A stretch of DNA of 62,803 nt, filler included, from Octopus bimaculoides (taxonomy: Eukaryota): the NCBI RefSeq assembly GCF_001194135.2. It is 3 parts of 3 records of this genome, joined end to end, with 100 filler letters (N's around TTAATTAATTAA, not from the genome) between each part and the next. Parts side by side here need not be neighbours in the genome. Positions count along the whole stretch, not along the records: positions 1 to 30,112 come from NC_068984.1; 2 more parts are not named here. One strand, written 5' to 3'. Shown here in pieces: positions 1 through 15,080 of the stretch; the stretch's first letter is position 1; the number at the start of each line of letters is the position of its first letter. A program made the translations under genes and the position numbers. The notes beneath the pieces were generated by a model. That model saw only the letters and a list, made by a program, of their open reading frames with translations. It was not told the origin of the DNA and searched no databases.

Positions 1-49
<49 letters not shown>

Positions 50-206
50 CGCTACATATGTCCATATAGATACACACACACACACACATTAACATGTGAG
101 GTTTGTTTTCTTTTCGTTTCCATTTGCATTATATATGTGCGTAAGTACATACATACATACATGCATGCATGCATGCATGCATACATACATACATACATAC
201 ATACAC

Positions 207-239
<33 letters not shown>

Positions 240-1472
240 CATACATATAAACGCTATGTGCAATACACATGACTAATTTCACTTGGTTATTGCTAGATCA
301 ATAGAAGAGCCAACTTCGTTCTATAGAGAAACCATCATACAACTACGAATGACAAATGTTATGAGTAACAAGCAAACAAGGTTAGTAATACTTATTTAGT
401 AAAATACTAAGACAGCACGCGCGCAGTTTGCAGTGTATGCATATGTATTTGTGTATGTGTGTATGAGTATGAGTAACTTATAAATGAATTTATATGTGTA
501 TGTTTAATGATCGTAGAATTAGTCTCTTGGAGATAAGCTCCTGTTTTAACTACCAAATCTGTTTACATAGCTAAGTTAAATACATGTTTATTAAGTATAC
601 CAATGGAAACTTATTTATAATATATGCACACACTACACACAATACACCACACACATACAACACACACACACAAACATACACACACACACACTCACACGAT
701 CATGATAATAGCAATCATTAAAATTGTCCCCATGTTTTTCGTGATCTTTCTTCTTCGTGTCCACCATCGTTACCAAATACATCATTTACCCTGTATCGTC
801 CATATCAATGCAATCATTTACTTTGTATGAATTGACTGAAACCTTCAATGACTAGCCACCCTCTTTGTTTACTAGTACTAGATGGAGAATGGAATCCTTT
901 GACAATACAAGTTCCCTCATCTTCTTCCACCTTTCACTTTACCAACTATATCAGACAATCGGCAATCTTTTTTCGAGAAGCGGGCCGCATGAGACATGGG
1001 TCATTATCAGGTGAGTCGCACTACTAAAAATATTCGAGTAATTTTTCGTTTAGGTGTGTCAGTCAGAAAGTCCTGCGGGCTGCAGGTTGGCCGTGGCTAT
1101 GCTATACTATCAATGCGACCAGCACTGATTACAGGTTATAACTGTCCAAGAGAAGTGTTCACGGAATCGATCTCATCGGCCTCGGGGACCTGCGATGGCC
1201 ATGAGCAAAGAAAAAAACCTCTTCCTTTAGAACAAATTAATATATATCCATATAGGTAAGAAAAATGATCTTCTACTTCTAGCAAACCATGTCAACAATT
1301 CATGGACTTTTTACCAAGTATATCTCAATTAACCATTATGAAGGTGCTTCCATATGGACACTCGATCTACTAGAAATAGCAACCAAATATTACACTTTTC
1401 AACTTTTTGATAGCTGACATCTGTGATAGTGCTTCATGTGATAAACTGCAGGGTTAGTGCTTCATGAGATAA

Positions 1473-1520
<48 letters not shown>

Positions 1521-3559
1521 CGCGTGCGTGTATGTGCGTGCGTGTGTGTGTTTGCGTGTGTATTTTAAATAATTAGATTGTTTAGAATATGATCAGAAAA
1601 TTGAAATTTTGACAGAAACAATTCTTTCTATGTCAGTTGATGGTATTTAGTGATTCTCATTTCTCGATACTAAGCTTTTTTCTTTTTCCATTTTAAATTA
1701 TCTTCCAGGTAAATATTGACATAAGCATTTGTTTTACTGTATCTCGGCATCTTGACGTCTCGCATCGCAGGAGAAATATTTCACGAGAACACTTTAACAC
1801 TTGACTGTTTTTCACTCAAATGAGAAAGTTGATTGATCTGACATTATTGAAGTATCTTGAAAGTGAACTCCAAATAGTGGAAAAGAACACACATATTACA
1901 TACACTCAAAATATATAGAGTAGTGTAATAATTTTGCTGTTTTATTTGACTTGATTTTAATAGGGTACATGATTTTGAATACCCAGTAAAAAGTAAGTGT
2001 GTAATATATTCATCAGTTACAGATTTTTACACGGATATTACCTATCACTTGTTCTTTTTGGGTTAGCTAGTCTATAGTAAATCTGATGATCGACACCACA
2101 ACGGTAATGTAAGCTTAATATCAGCTAACGCTTTAAACAATAGATAGAAATGATTGTAAAGTATTGGCGATAATCAATAATGTGCGTGTGATATCCAACA
2201 GCTGTTCTGGGAAGACTTTTCTTTTTTTTTTTTTTTGCTTTTTGGTGAGAAGGTAATTATGTTTTTTTTTTTTTTTGTAGAAAGCGTGTTCAAAATAATG
2301 TCCAAGGTTAGTTATCGGCCCTTTTGATATCTAATGTCCGAAATAAATTTCTAAAAATGTAAATAAATACGAAAATTTTGATCTCATAAAGTGTTCTTGA
2401 ATATATTATCGGATTAAACTTTAAACAGATGAATATGATTGTAAAGAGTTGAAGATAATCAATAGTGTATGTGATATCCACCGTTGTCTTTGAAAAAGGT
2501 TTTTGTTTTGTTATTTTGCTCTGTGAGATAATTATAAAGGTTCTTGTAAAGAGTGAGCTGAAAATTATACCCAAGGTCAGTTATCGGTCCTTTTGACATT
2601 TAATACCTGAAGTTGTCTAAAAATGTCTTAAATATATCTGAATATTAAGTTTTTCTGTACTCTTCTCCATCAGTTCCTTATTCTGAGATTCTAACCGATC
2701 AAAGAACAAGAAGTTAATTATTTTTCAAAAGACCGTGCGGAAAATAGAAGAATATATCGCTGCCAAGCGGTATGAAACAAGAAAATAATTCCCTCGTCTA
2801 AACTATTACAGGATAAAAGGAGAAACTATTAAAGGTATGAAAATGAAAGGATGTTAATATGAAACATTATACGTAGAGTTAATCGGCTTCAGTATATAAA
2901 TCATTAGCTATAAGAACGTGTTTTTTGAAGTTTTGTAATAGAAATAACGTTAGAAAGTTTGCGGTATTTAAGGTAATTATACTTTTATGGCAAATTTTCC
3001 TTCTAAATGAGAAAAATATAAGCAGAAAAATAAAAGAGAGTGAGGAGAAGATAAAAGAATTTAAATAGCAAAAGGGATCTAGATTGGAGTATATTAAGCT
3101 CGACAAGTTGGTAGAAAGAGTAGAACGATGAGTTATGCACCTTTTAGTATTTAAAGTCTATGCTTACTATTTTTAGAGTTCGAATCACAGCAAAGTTGTC
3201 TACTTTTCATCACTTTATAGCAGATAAATTAGTTTCAAATTTTGGCATAAGACCAGCAGGTTTTGGGGAGAGGCTAAGTCGATTACATCGACTCCAGTGT
3301 TCAACTGATACTTATTTTGCCGACCCCGAAAGGATGAAGGAAAAAGTGGATCTCGGCGGAATTTGAACTCAAAACATAAAAACGGACGAAATGCCACTAA
3401 GCATTTTGCTTGCTGTGCCAACGGTTCTGCCAGCTCGCCGCCTTTGATAACTTAAATACAGTAACAGTAAAAATAAATTGAAAGGAATTCCTTGTCAGTT
3501 TGATAATGTGTATTTCAGTTATTCGACCAACGGAATTCTTGGCATATAAGTGACCGAGT

Positions 3560-3850
3560 ATTTCATAGACACTTGCATTTACTTAAGCCTTTTATTCCCT
3601 ATGGAGTGTAAGCCATCGACGACTTTTCTCTACTGTTCTCGACTCTGGGTTGTCTTTTCTGCTTTTCTCCGGATGGAGCCCTGTCTATTCAGTTCGGCGT
3701 CAGTATTTCACATTCAGCTATATTTAGGGTGTCTTCTCTTCCACTTCCCTGATGGTTTTCGGCCAGAGCCTGACGTGTCCTTTAGGATTTTGCAGTTCCG
3801 CATCATATTTTTCCTTTTTTTGTTGGGTTTGTATTTTCTTCGATGCTTCT
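3560..3850 (-). mobile_element. Degraded RTE-type LINE 3' fragment
   Basis: Minus-strand translation TRQALAENHQGSGR... resembles the RTE post-RT C-terminus (TRQALxWNPQGKR); frameshifted. Confidence 0.45.
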
Positions 3851-5384
3851 ATCTTTTTTTTTTTCTCTACGTAGAGACTTTGGCCCCATGCAAACCCATT
3901 TTTAGCTCTGGGAAGAGGTAGTTCGTATCAGCCTGGCGTCAACACTTTGACCTGTCCAGTATGGAAGGGACCTAAAAGGAGCTTGCGTCCTGCTAACATA
4001 GCTTTCAGGGTAATGGGGACATACAAGCCACCACATTGCAACAAGGACTGGACCTTTTGGTAGAGAGACGCGTGTACCTTTCACATAATTCTCAGGCATG
4101 ACCAGTGATACACTGTGTATAACAAAGCCGGGTCTTTGAACAAAATTTACCGTCAATCCGATGAGCTTCCACATTTCTGTCTGTCCCCTTTCATTCACAA
4201 GTCTTGTGTGGACTTAAGTCTACATTAGAAGACATTTGACTGATCGAACCTGGTGCCTTATAATTAGGAAACCGACTTGTTAACCACTCAGTCATGCCTA
4301 CGATCACAAGTACTAATGTACTGTCCAACACTAGCCTAGTCTTTTTAAAAAGTCACTATTTCAATATTCATATTGACAGCTAAAAGATTTTGTTCCGTTA
4401 CAAACTCATTGTCACAAAATTAATTTGTACATGTTGAGATCAATCTTGGGAAAATAATAGGTAATGTCGACCTCCAGCCAGGATTTGATGTAGAAATCAC
4501 ATGACACTGTTGGATTCCTTGAGGAATTCGATATTATCAGTTATTTATCAATAGGCTATTAAACAGTTGTTTTAAATACATACATACAGACATACATAAA
4601 TGCATACATACATACATACATACAATCATACATACATACATATATGCATACTTACGTCTACATACATACATACATATATGTATACTTACGTCTACATACA
4701 TACATACTTAAGTCTACATTAGAAGACATTTGACTGAGATATCACGAAATAGGATCGAACCTGGTACCTTATATACATACATAAGTACGTACATGCGTAC
4801 ATATATATATATATATATATATATACGTGCATGCATACATACATGCATAAATATATACGTACATACATGTGTACAAACACAAACATACATACATACACAC
4901 GTGCATACGTACATACACGTAGATAACTACATGCATATATGTGTGTGCGTGTGTGCACCCCGTGTGTGAGTGTGTGTGTGTGTGCGCGCGCTCCTATGTG
5001 CGTATGAAATTGCACGAAAGCCCGTCGCATTGATTATATTTGTGATTTAACAGTCTGATATCTTCACAGTGTTTCGCTGACTCCGCCTGATAATTACATT
5101 AAGGGTACACGCGTCTGTGGAGTACTCAGCCACTTACACGGTAAGTCAAAGAACAGGTAGTTCAGTTGGTCAAACAACTAAATAGACATCGTCGAAACTG
5201 CTGGAGATCCATTACATGTGTGTGTATACATGTACGTATTCATGTTTGTATGTCTATTATTCAGTTTTATTTCTAGACTTCTTGCCAATAGAGAAAGAGT
5301 CAGTTTTTAACCTAGATCCAAGGTTTCATCACTGGATTTTTAGACAACGCCAGCAAAGTATTTGTGCAAAATTTGAGTCAATGC

Positions 5385-7852
5385 ATGTGCAGATTTGTAT
5401 GTTTTGCTTTGTGTATGTACTCTCATGCATATAGTTGCATGTCTAGACATCCGTATATATACTTAAATGATAAACTTTTGGAAAAATTTACAAAATTTAA
5501 CAGTTCTATTGATAGCCTATATCTGTAATCTTCTAATTAGCTTTCTCGTTTCTGGTTTTGAGAAGCCTAATTTCTCAAGATTGGTGCTTAGGCAGTTTGT
5601 TACATATCTTCGCGCTCCAATAATTACAGGTATAAATCTGAACTTGTAATCCGAGTACAATAACTGTAAATTTCTCAATTGTTCAGCGTAGGTGTTTTCT
5701 TTTTCAATGATATTTAGCTTTATGTTGACATCTGACAGCCGACCTCTACTACTACTATGTATGTATGTATGTATGTTTTTTCTTTGAGTTTTAAGTTCTT
5801 CTTAAGAGAGTCCAAGCCGGTCGCTAACAAAACGACAAGACTTTTTGAGTTAAGAGAGTTCCCGGTGTTTCTAAATATGTGGCTGAGTTGGTGTATTGGT
5901 TGAGCTGTTGATGCACACACCCGAGTGTGTGCATCTATTCACCTAAAGAATATGAGATGAATAATCTTTGGAATGTCTTACAAATCTTCACTGTGCCATT
6001 AATAGTTTGAATTTGGGGAATCTGCATTAGTTTCTTTTACTCTTTCTTCGAAAAACCTAGTATTTCTAATTTGTTGGTACAGAGCCTAATGCACCTATAA
6101 GTATAGGTGCAAATGAGAATTTATAGTGAGGGCACAACAGCTGTAAGTTCCGCATTAATTCACCATACATGTTCTCTTTTTCTTGGCCTTTTGATGGCAC
6201 ATTCACATGAGCTGGGTAGCTGGCCTCTACAACAGTGCATGCCCCACAGAACAATATCGGGTCAGTCATGTTTGCACAGAATTGATGTTTTATTGGAGCG
6301 TTCCACCACTATTTCTTGTTTTTAAAGGTGTGAATACATGCTGGTCTGACATGCTTTTGATGTATACATCAGGACAATCCTTCCCGTGGATAACGTTGTA
6401 AATAGTTTTTGCAAGTATATCATACCTCAGGGTGGGGCAGATAGTATCTCGTAGACATTTTGAGACAACTGCTGATGATATGGGTGATATCTTTCACATT
6501 CGTATGGCAGAGCCGACATTTTCTATCACCACGTGGAGATTTGGTCATATCAGTTATTTAGCAGCTATCTCCTCTTCCTGGATAGCGAAGGTATATTCTT
6601 CTAGGTTGGATGGAATGTATCTATCACAGGCCCTCTTTCTGTCAATGCTGTTCTTATCCTCATGTATGAATGTACGTATGTATGTATGAATGTATGTGTG
6701 TGTGTTTTTTTATGTATGTCTTCTCATGCATATAGTTGCATGTCTAGACAAGCTCATATACACTTAAATGATAAACTACAGATTTTTACAGTTCCAGTGA
6801 TGGTTTGGATCTGTAGTCTTCGAATCAGTTTTCTCCTTTCTGGTTTCGAGAAGCCTAATTTCTCAAGATTGGTATTTAGGCAGTTTGTAACATATCCCAG
6901 TACCCCAATAATTACAGGTATGTATGTATATATTTCCTGGGTATGACATTAAACAGCATCCGGTGGTGAGGCTCCAGTTTAGAAGTCCTGGAGTTGTGAA
7001 GAACATGGAGTCACCCCTTAATTATCATTACACTTAGGTTCCTTCTGACCCAGAACAGTAATACCTTCCAGAGTCCCATCAATGTGTTAAATATATCTCC
7101 AAGGGGTAGAGGTGGTTCCCGTTATTCATGACAAAGTCCTAGATGAGGCAGCTCTTCTCGGAGAAAGATACTCTGACATAAAACTTGCAGCCAAAATAGT
7201 AACAGTCATATCGCTATGTTTGTCATTGGAACCTACTATGGCGACGGAGAGAGTGGCAAAGATGTTATACAAGCTTTTGTCACTTAAATCCAATGACGTA
7301 CAGATATCTCACTATCATTTTATTTCTTGATCCGTTTTGTATTTTGTGTGCGTGGCGAATGGGATGTCATATCAGTGCATATGCACAACTGAAATTAAAT
7401 CAAAACAGTCAGGCTGAGTGTGAGATGACTATCATCTGACAAGATCAGGCAACCATCATCATGTATGTATATATATTCTCTTCTATTTTAATGTTATGAA
7501 GCCTTCCTGCAAGGTTCTAACAAAGACCCAAAGACAACGAACAATCTAACATGATAGACTTGAGAAAAGTCTTTCATATTTTTACTGTTCAGCTTACAAA
7601 TTGCATTTATTTGCATGTTAACTGGTTGACTTGCATGTATGTATGTATGTATGTATGTATGTATATGTGCAGATTTGTATGTTTTGTTTTATGTATATAT
7701 TCTCATGCATACATTTGCATGTTTAGACATGCTCATATATATTTAAATGATAAACTTCTGGAAAGATTTTACAGTTCCAGTGATGGATTGGATCTGTTGT
7801 CTTCGAATCAGCTTTATCCGTTCTGGTTTTGAGAAGCCTAATTCTCAAGATT
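5385..7852 (-). mobile_element. Cluster of four co-oriented 5'-truncated R4/Dong-like (RLE) LINE fragments (~5385-5637, 5935-6660, 6715-6918, 7665-7852)
   Basis: Long copy reads YTFAIQEEEIAAK...EKENMYGELMRNLQLLCPHYKFSFAPILIGALGSVP...TVKICKTFQ; short copies give PVIIGARRYVTNCLSTNLEKLGFSKPETRKLIRRLQ plus a shared 3' UTR. Confidence 0.75.
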
Positions 7853-9602
7853 GGTATGTATGTATGTATGTATATCGATGGCATTTAGCAATTAAAATGA
7901 GAGGAAGAAAAATATTATTAACTGGTTGATATGGCCCTTTATTTTCATCGTTACAAGGTAAGATACAACTTTATCGAGCTGTAGTACAATTATTACTCGC
8001 AGTACTGATATTCATTCTGTAGGTAGTTAAATTCATCTTTTGTTGACTTCTAGAAGACTGGTGAAAAAAGGAGAGAGAGAGAGAAATAGTTAGGGAGTCT
8101 CCCTTTCTGGGATGACAAGTATATCGAGCGAAAGTTTTATTGTCACGCGATGACAAACCATAAGTAAAGAGAGAGAAATAGATGCTCTTCGGCTCGGTAC
8201 AAAGTGTCCAAAGAGTTAAAACCGATTTGGGGTTCTGTGTTTATATTTTTCTAACTAAATTAGGTCAGGTTAGACAAAGTATTTTCCGTCTCTTATCTGC
8301 CTGAGCCCTATTTAACCTAAGAATGTTCACGTGTGATAGTCGACTCCCATAAATTTCTAAGTGCAAAAACCGAGAACCATACGAAGAGAATTGGTTGAAA
8401 TATATAGATTCGGTTTCGAATCCTGGATCAGAATCTAGGAAACTTTTCGTTACATACGTATGCATATATGTATAAATGAACGTATTTATGTATGTATGTA
8501 GTCATAGACCGAGTGAACATCTTCAGAGCAATATCGCTTGGGCTTGTAGTACTAGATACCCATACTTGTATGGGTATCTAGTACTACATTATCAAAACGT
8601 GTCTTTTACTTTTTAAAATAACAAGTAGTATGACAATAAGTAGTATCAACATAATGTGTGAGAGATATAGTTGCTGTTTCTAGCAGGTCAAACGGTCATG
8701 CCACATAGAGGCGTCCTCACTAGCGCGCATGAATGCAGTTGGTTACATTTGATAGCTTGTCAGCATCATCTGGGATGTCTGTTAGAAAATCGTGCTGCTG
8801 AATTTAAACTGCAGAATGAAAGATAAGAAAGATCAGAGAGCAGAAAATTAGAACCTTATATTAGAAATAAAGATTTGCGGAAGAGATAACGAGATAATTG
8901 GCCTGTAAAAGGCGAAAGTGTAACTGATATGGAGGTGGAATTTCCTGTTGAAATATTATCTAACAACAGAGACAGAAGCGTCTGGAAGCGAGCGTAATAT
9001 TCATCCTAGAACTAGAGTTAGCTTCGACACGTTGACAGACATAGGCGAGAGACAAACATTTATGCATGTTATTTTCTCTTATCTCTAAACGAATTTATTT
9101 CTCTGGATATACTGTTAGTCACAGCTGAGAAAATTTACTAAGTAAATGAAGTCGCTTGGTTATCATGATATTACTTAACCTCGACTTTCTTTGTATATAT
9201 ACATGGAAATACGAGGAATTACAGTAAATTTTATTTTATATCGGAAATATTTGTGTCAGATAAAATGTTGGTGATAATGAGCTTTTAAAAGTTTTCTTTA
9301 GTGTCAGCTATTAGTGTTAACTCTCATCAGTTTATTATATATATATATATATATATNNNNNNNNNNNNNNNNNNNNNNNNNNNNNNNNNNNNNNNNNNNN
9401 NNNNNNNNNNNNNNNNNNNNNNNNNNNNNNNNNNNNNNNNNNNNNNNNNNNNNNNNNNNNNNNNNNNNNNNNNNNNNNNNNNNNNNNNNNNNNNNNNNNN
9501 NNNNNNNNNNNNNNNNNNNNNNNNNNNNNNNNNNNNNNNNNNNNNNNNNNNNNNNNNNNNNNNNNNNNNNNNNNNNNNNNNNNNNNNNNNNNNNNNNNNN
9601 NN

Positions 9603-9645
<43 letters not shown>

Positions 9646-10109
9646 GTACAGAACGTCACAAACCGTAAAACATGAAATACGAAAACAAATGAGTTGAGTA
9701 CGCAAGCAACGAGGGAAACAAATGGAAAACAGAACAAGTAACATAAAGAACAACCCTTCATCAGTTGTCGGTTGTCCATCTACTCTTCATTTCAAGTATT
9801 GAACGACAATATGAGACTTCGAAGGCAGTTGCTCCTGCAAAAACAAAAGTAAGATTTGGGATTTGCGGAGGGTCAAAGTTGGTAACAAAAACAATGGAGA
9901 CATACAAGGAAACCGAACGAAGACAAACATGGAGCGTCGTTTGACCAGACGAGGTAAAGTAGCGAACGCTGAAGAAATATTGTCTTTGACAAGTGAAAAG
10001 ATAGAAAAAGAGAGACAGATAGGATACGTGCAGTCTCTACGACAGCACTGAAGCAAAAGTAAGGTGATCACGTGAGGAAAAGAAAGATGGACGATGGTCA
10101 CGTGTGAAC

Positions 10110-10143
<34 letters not shown>

Positions 10144-10504
10144 AAAGAGAAGAGGAGAGAGAGATTCTTTACTTGTTTCAGTCATTAAACTGCAGCCTTT
10201 TTAAGTCTGGTACTTCCCGGTGCCTTTTGCCGAACCGTTAAGTTACATGGACGTAAATGAAACAACGCCAGTCGTCAAATAATGACGATGGGGACAAACT
10301 CAAAGGTAATCACACACACACACACCTACACACACATATACACACACATACACATGCGATGGGCTTCTTTTCTGTTTCTGTCTAGCAAATCCCCTCACAA
10401 AGCTTTGGTAGGCCTATGGCTATAGTAAGTTGCAGGTGCCAATAAATGGGACCGAACCTAGAACCATGTAACTGAGAAGTAAACTTATTACCACACAGCC
10501 AAAG

Positions 10505-10558
<54 letters not shown>

Positions 10559-10561
10559 TAT

Positions 10562-10592
<31 letters not shown>

Positions 10593-10853
10593 CACATATG
10601 TGTGTGTGTATGTATGTATGTATGTATGTATATAATTCAAATTTACAGAAAACAAAAGACGAAGAGACAGGTGAAGGAAAAACAAGCAGGTGTGTTAGTT
10701 TAATGCTTAGGAAGAATGGAAAAGTATTTGACGTTTCGAGCTTACGCTCTTCGACAGAAAGGATTAGCACATACATACATGTATGTATGTATGTATGTAT
10801 GTATGTATGTATGTATGTATGTTTGTATGTATGTATGTATGTATGTATGTATG

Positions 10854-10890
<37 letters not shown>

Positions 10891-11619
10891 TNNNNNNNNN
10901 NNNNNNNNNNNNNNNNNNNNNNNNNNNNNNNNNNNNNNNNNNNNNNNNNNNNNNNNNNNNNNNNNNNNNNNNNNNNNNNNNNNNNNNNNNNNNNNNNNNN
11001 NNNNNNNNNNNNNNNNNNNNNNNNNNNNNNNNNNNNNNNNATATATATATATATATATATATATATAAACATAAAATGGATGAGAATGAACATACACACA
11101 CATACAGACACGTGTATAAGGCTTGTGCAAAGTTGATACAATCTTCTCTTCAGCTGCAATGCTTGCTTGCTGAAAAGTTTTGGAATCTGCGAAGCAACCA
11201 ATAATAAACGTCTTACATAAATCAACAGATAAACATATCGATCCATTGATTGGCTGACTGATTGATTGAGAGTTCAGAAATGTCATCACTATATTCCCAA
11301 TTACGGTTTTAATCATTGCTATCAATACTGCTGTTATTTTTGCAGATAAGTATCCCAACATCTCCTTAAATTAAATTTGAATTATCGAACCAATAAGGAA
11401 GCTTTTACGTGGTTGTTCGACCTGCTAGAAATAGCATCGAGAGCCCTCATTAAAGCACGCCTCAGTGTATTAAAACAGAAAGGTGTGCTGCTAGATGCTA
11501 TATAAATACCTGACATCTGGAAGAAAGACAAGATTGCTATGGCTGTAACGACTTTTTCATAACTTTGCTTAGTTATGGGTGAACTGAAGCTAAACAACAG
11601 CAGCAATAACGTATCCACT

Positions 11620-11860
11620 CCTCCATCCATCTTCTCCGCCCACGATTCCTGTGAGAGTTGTCGGTATAGCGTCAGGCGCTTCCTCTATAGGGTTCTATGA
11701 GAAGCAACCGTCATTAAATTTTCCAGCTGATTTCCCAAGGGAGACCAACAGGGTTTATAGATATTACGCATCCAACTCGTTCTTGGTCTTGCTCTGAGTC
11801 TCCTGCCACTTGGCTCGGTTTGAAGAATCCGTCTTGCGATTCTTCCCTGAAACATTCTAA
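11620..11860 (-). mobile_element. RTE-type LINE 3' fragment
   Basis: RIARRILQTEPSGRRLRARPRTSW matches the RTE GxRxRGRPxxxW C-terminal motif. Confidence 0.6.
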
Positions 11861-12875
11861 TCAATAATGTCTATGTCATGAAATATTGCCAATTATATGT
11901 TACAAATACTGTAACTGGCTCATAAAATGATAGTGCTTTATTCCTCTCTGATCCCTTTGTAATTGGTGGAGGAAAGAGAGGAAGGCATTGAGAATTCTGA
12001 GACTGGAGACCCGACTTGAAAGCTTCCAACAGAATAGACCTGTTAAAAGTCATCTTTGGGCTACGAGTATTAGTAGTAAAGCAGACTACAGATAACATTA
12101 CATATCTACAGTAGAACAAAAGCAACTTAAGTCTTTTTCTTTTTCTTAGTTTTTAATTTTTTATTTTTTTATTCTAATTTTTCATTTTATTTATCTATTT
12201 ATTTTTGTTTGTAAGTTGCTTGTGAAAGTAGGAGGAGTCATTATTAATAGAGATAAATTATAACAAACTGTCATTCAACAAAGATTAAAATTGATTAGGG
12301 TCTGATCTGTATTTTTCTGATATAATTTATCGTTCGAACACAGAATGATTTCTCAAATACATTTTGAAATAATTCTCTTCGATATAATACGAAGAACTTT
12401 ATAACTGTATGGAAGAATTAAGTATATTTAGTATTCGTCTTCACAATTTATTATCTGCGTGGGAATTTAACATATGAAATTATTTAAGATATACAATTTT
12501 GATAGAGGAGTGCAGCAAATGACCTTATAACTTGTACATCAGAGTAGAAACAGCTTAAACACAATGTTGTTTTTAGTTCGCCTATTGTGAAAATGGGGAT
12601 AGTCACCATTTATAGATATAAAAGGAATGTCATTCTACAAAGATAAAAAATTGATCGTTGTCTGGGCTATCAGAATGTAATTCTTTTCTTCCTGTTTTTC
12701 TCCCCCCACTTTTTTTTTTGTTTTGTTCAAATACAGAATTATTTCTCAAATACATTTTAATGTAATGCTGCACCGTTTCGAAAAGAAAACTCTATGACTC
12801 CACGAAGAAATTAAATTTAGCTTTTCTTCGTTGTTTATGAGTTTCTGTTGTGACTCTGGGAATAAATTTCGCAAA

Positions 12876-13789
<914 letters not shown>

Positions 13790-13880
13790 TCTACTATAGG
13801 TACAAGGCCTGGATTTTGTGAGGTGAGGGACAACCGATCGCATCGACCCCAGTATTTGACTGATAATAAATAATAACAAT

Positions 13881-14428
13881 AATAGAAATAATACATTTTT
13901 AAATCTCTCAGAGAGATTTATGCAATAGTGATACGATAAAGTAGTTGTATGCTGCCAACATAATGTGACAGTCCCATGAAGGGAATACTACTACTACTAT
14001 TTAGCCCTAGGAAGCAGCACCACTTCCTGCCAGCCTTGACACATTTCGTGTGTCCTTATGTTTACAAGCACCTCCACCCAGCAAAGCCTATCACTACTGC
14101 ATAAATCTCTCTGAGAGATTTAGAAATGTATTATTTCTATTTTTGAAATCAGTGAATGTATTTCACTAGAATAATTATATGTTTACAGGAACTAGATAGG
14201 CATCTCCAACTAGCAAGTCATGCTACTCCAGACTGAAAACGAGCAATGACTCAGAAACTAGTCTCTGGATGCAGGCTTAGCTGGGTGGAGGTGCTTATCT
14301 CCCCCTTGTAAACGTAAGGACACAGGAAATGTGTCGAGGCTGACAGGAAGTGGTGCTGCTTCCTAGGGCTAAATAGCAGTAGTATTATTCCCTTCATGGG
14401 ACTGTCACATTAAGTTGACAGCATACAA
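13881..14428. repeat. Interlocked inverted repeats A-B-A'-spacer-B'
   Basis: A 13881-13933 vs A' 14089-14141 (2 mismatches); B 13945-14088 vs B' 14274-14428 (a few substitutions plus small indels). Confidence 0.92.
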
Positions 14429-15029
14429 ATAATAATAACTTTGGCATCAGGCCAGCAATTTCAGGGGACAGGATGAGTCGATTACATCGGCCCCAGTACT
14501 TAACTGGTGCTTAGTAATAATAATAATAATTGTGAAAGCCACAAAATATTGTGGCTATACGTATACTATTTTGGTTCTTCAGTATTATTGCTTTTGTAAT
14601 CAATCTTTTGTAATCAATCTCATCTCCAAATACGACTTGATACGTTGCTGCTTGTTTTTTTTTTTTGTTTTTAGACAGAATTCTCAACTAATGTTATCTA
14701 AACCATTTGAAAGCTGGGAAACCGAAGAATTTGAAGAAACAAAGCAGCAGAATAAAAACTAAGTATCACTCTCACTTTACTACGTTTCCAACGCCTTAGC
14801 ACCTCTAAATGACCCATAAAGCTAGCAATCTGTTTAGATAACACACATACACACGTGCGCACACACACTCACACACACACATGCCCCAATAGTTATTTCA
14901 AAACGCCTTCTGCATTCTCTAACTTCAATATATTTACGTGTGAATGTGTGTGTGTGTGTATATGTGGGTGTGTGTGTGAGAGAGAGAGAGAGAGAGAAGG
15001 AGAGAGAGAGAGAAGGAGAGAGAGAGAGA

Positions 15030-15080
<51 letters not shown>

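Noticed and set aside
848-1255. Two-exon ORF with good-looking GT-AG sites
   Set aside because: Intron is only about 43 nt, no recognisable homology, and part of it matches a dispersed repeat also seen near 31205-31250.
5502-6918. Apparent duplicated 126-nt phase 1-1 plus-strand exons encoding a signal-peptide-like sequence (VLLIAYICNLLISFLVSGFEKP...)
   Set aside because: The minus strand is the C-terminus of the RLE LINE endonuclease (PVIIGA..STNLEKLGFSKPE..); the open plus frame and splice-like sites are antisense coincidences.
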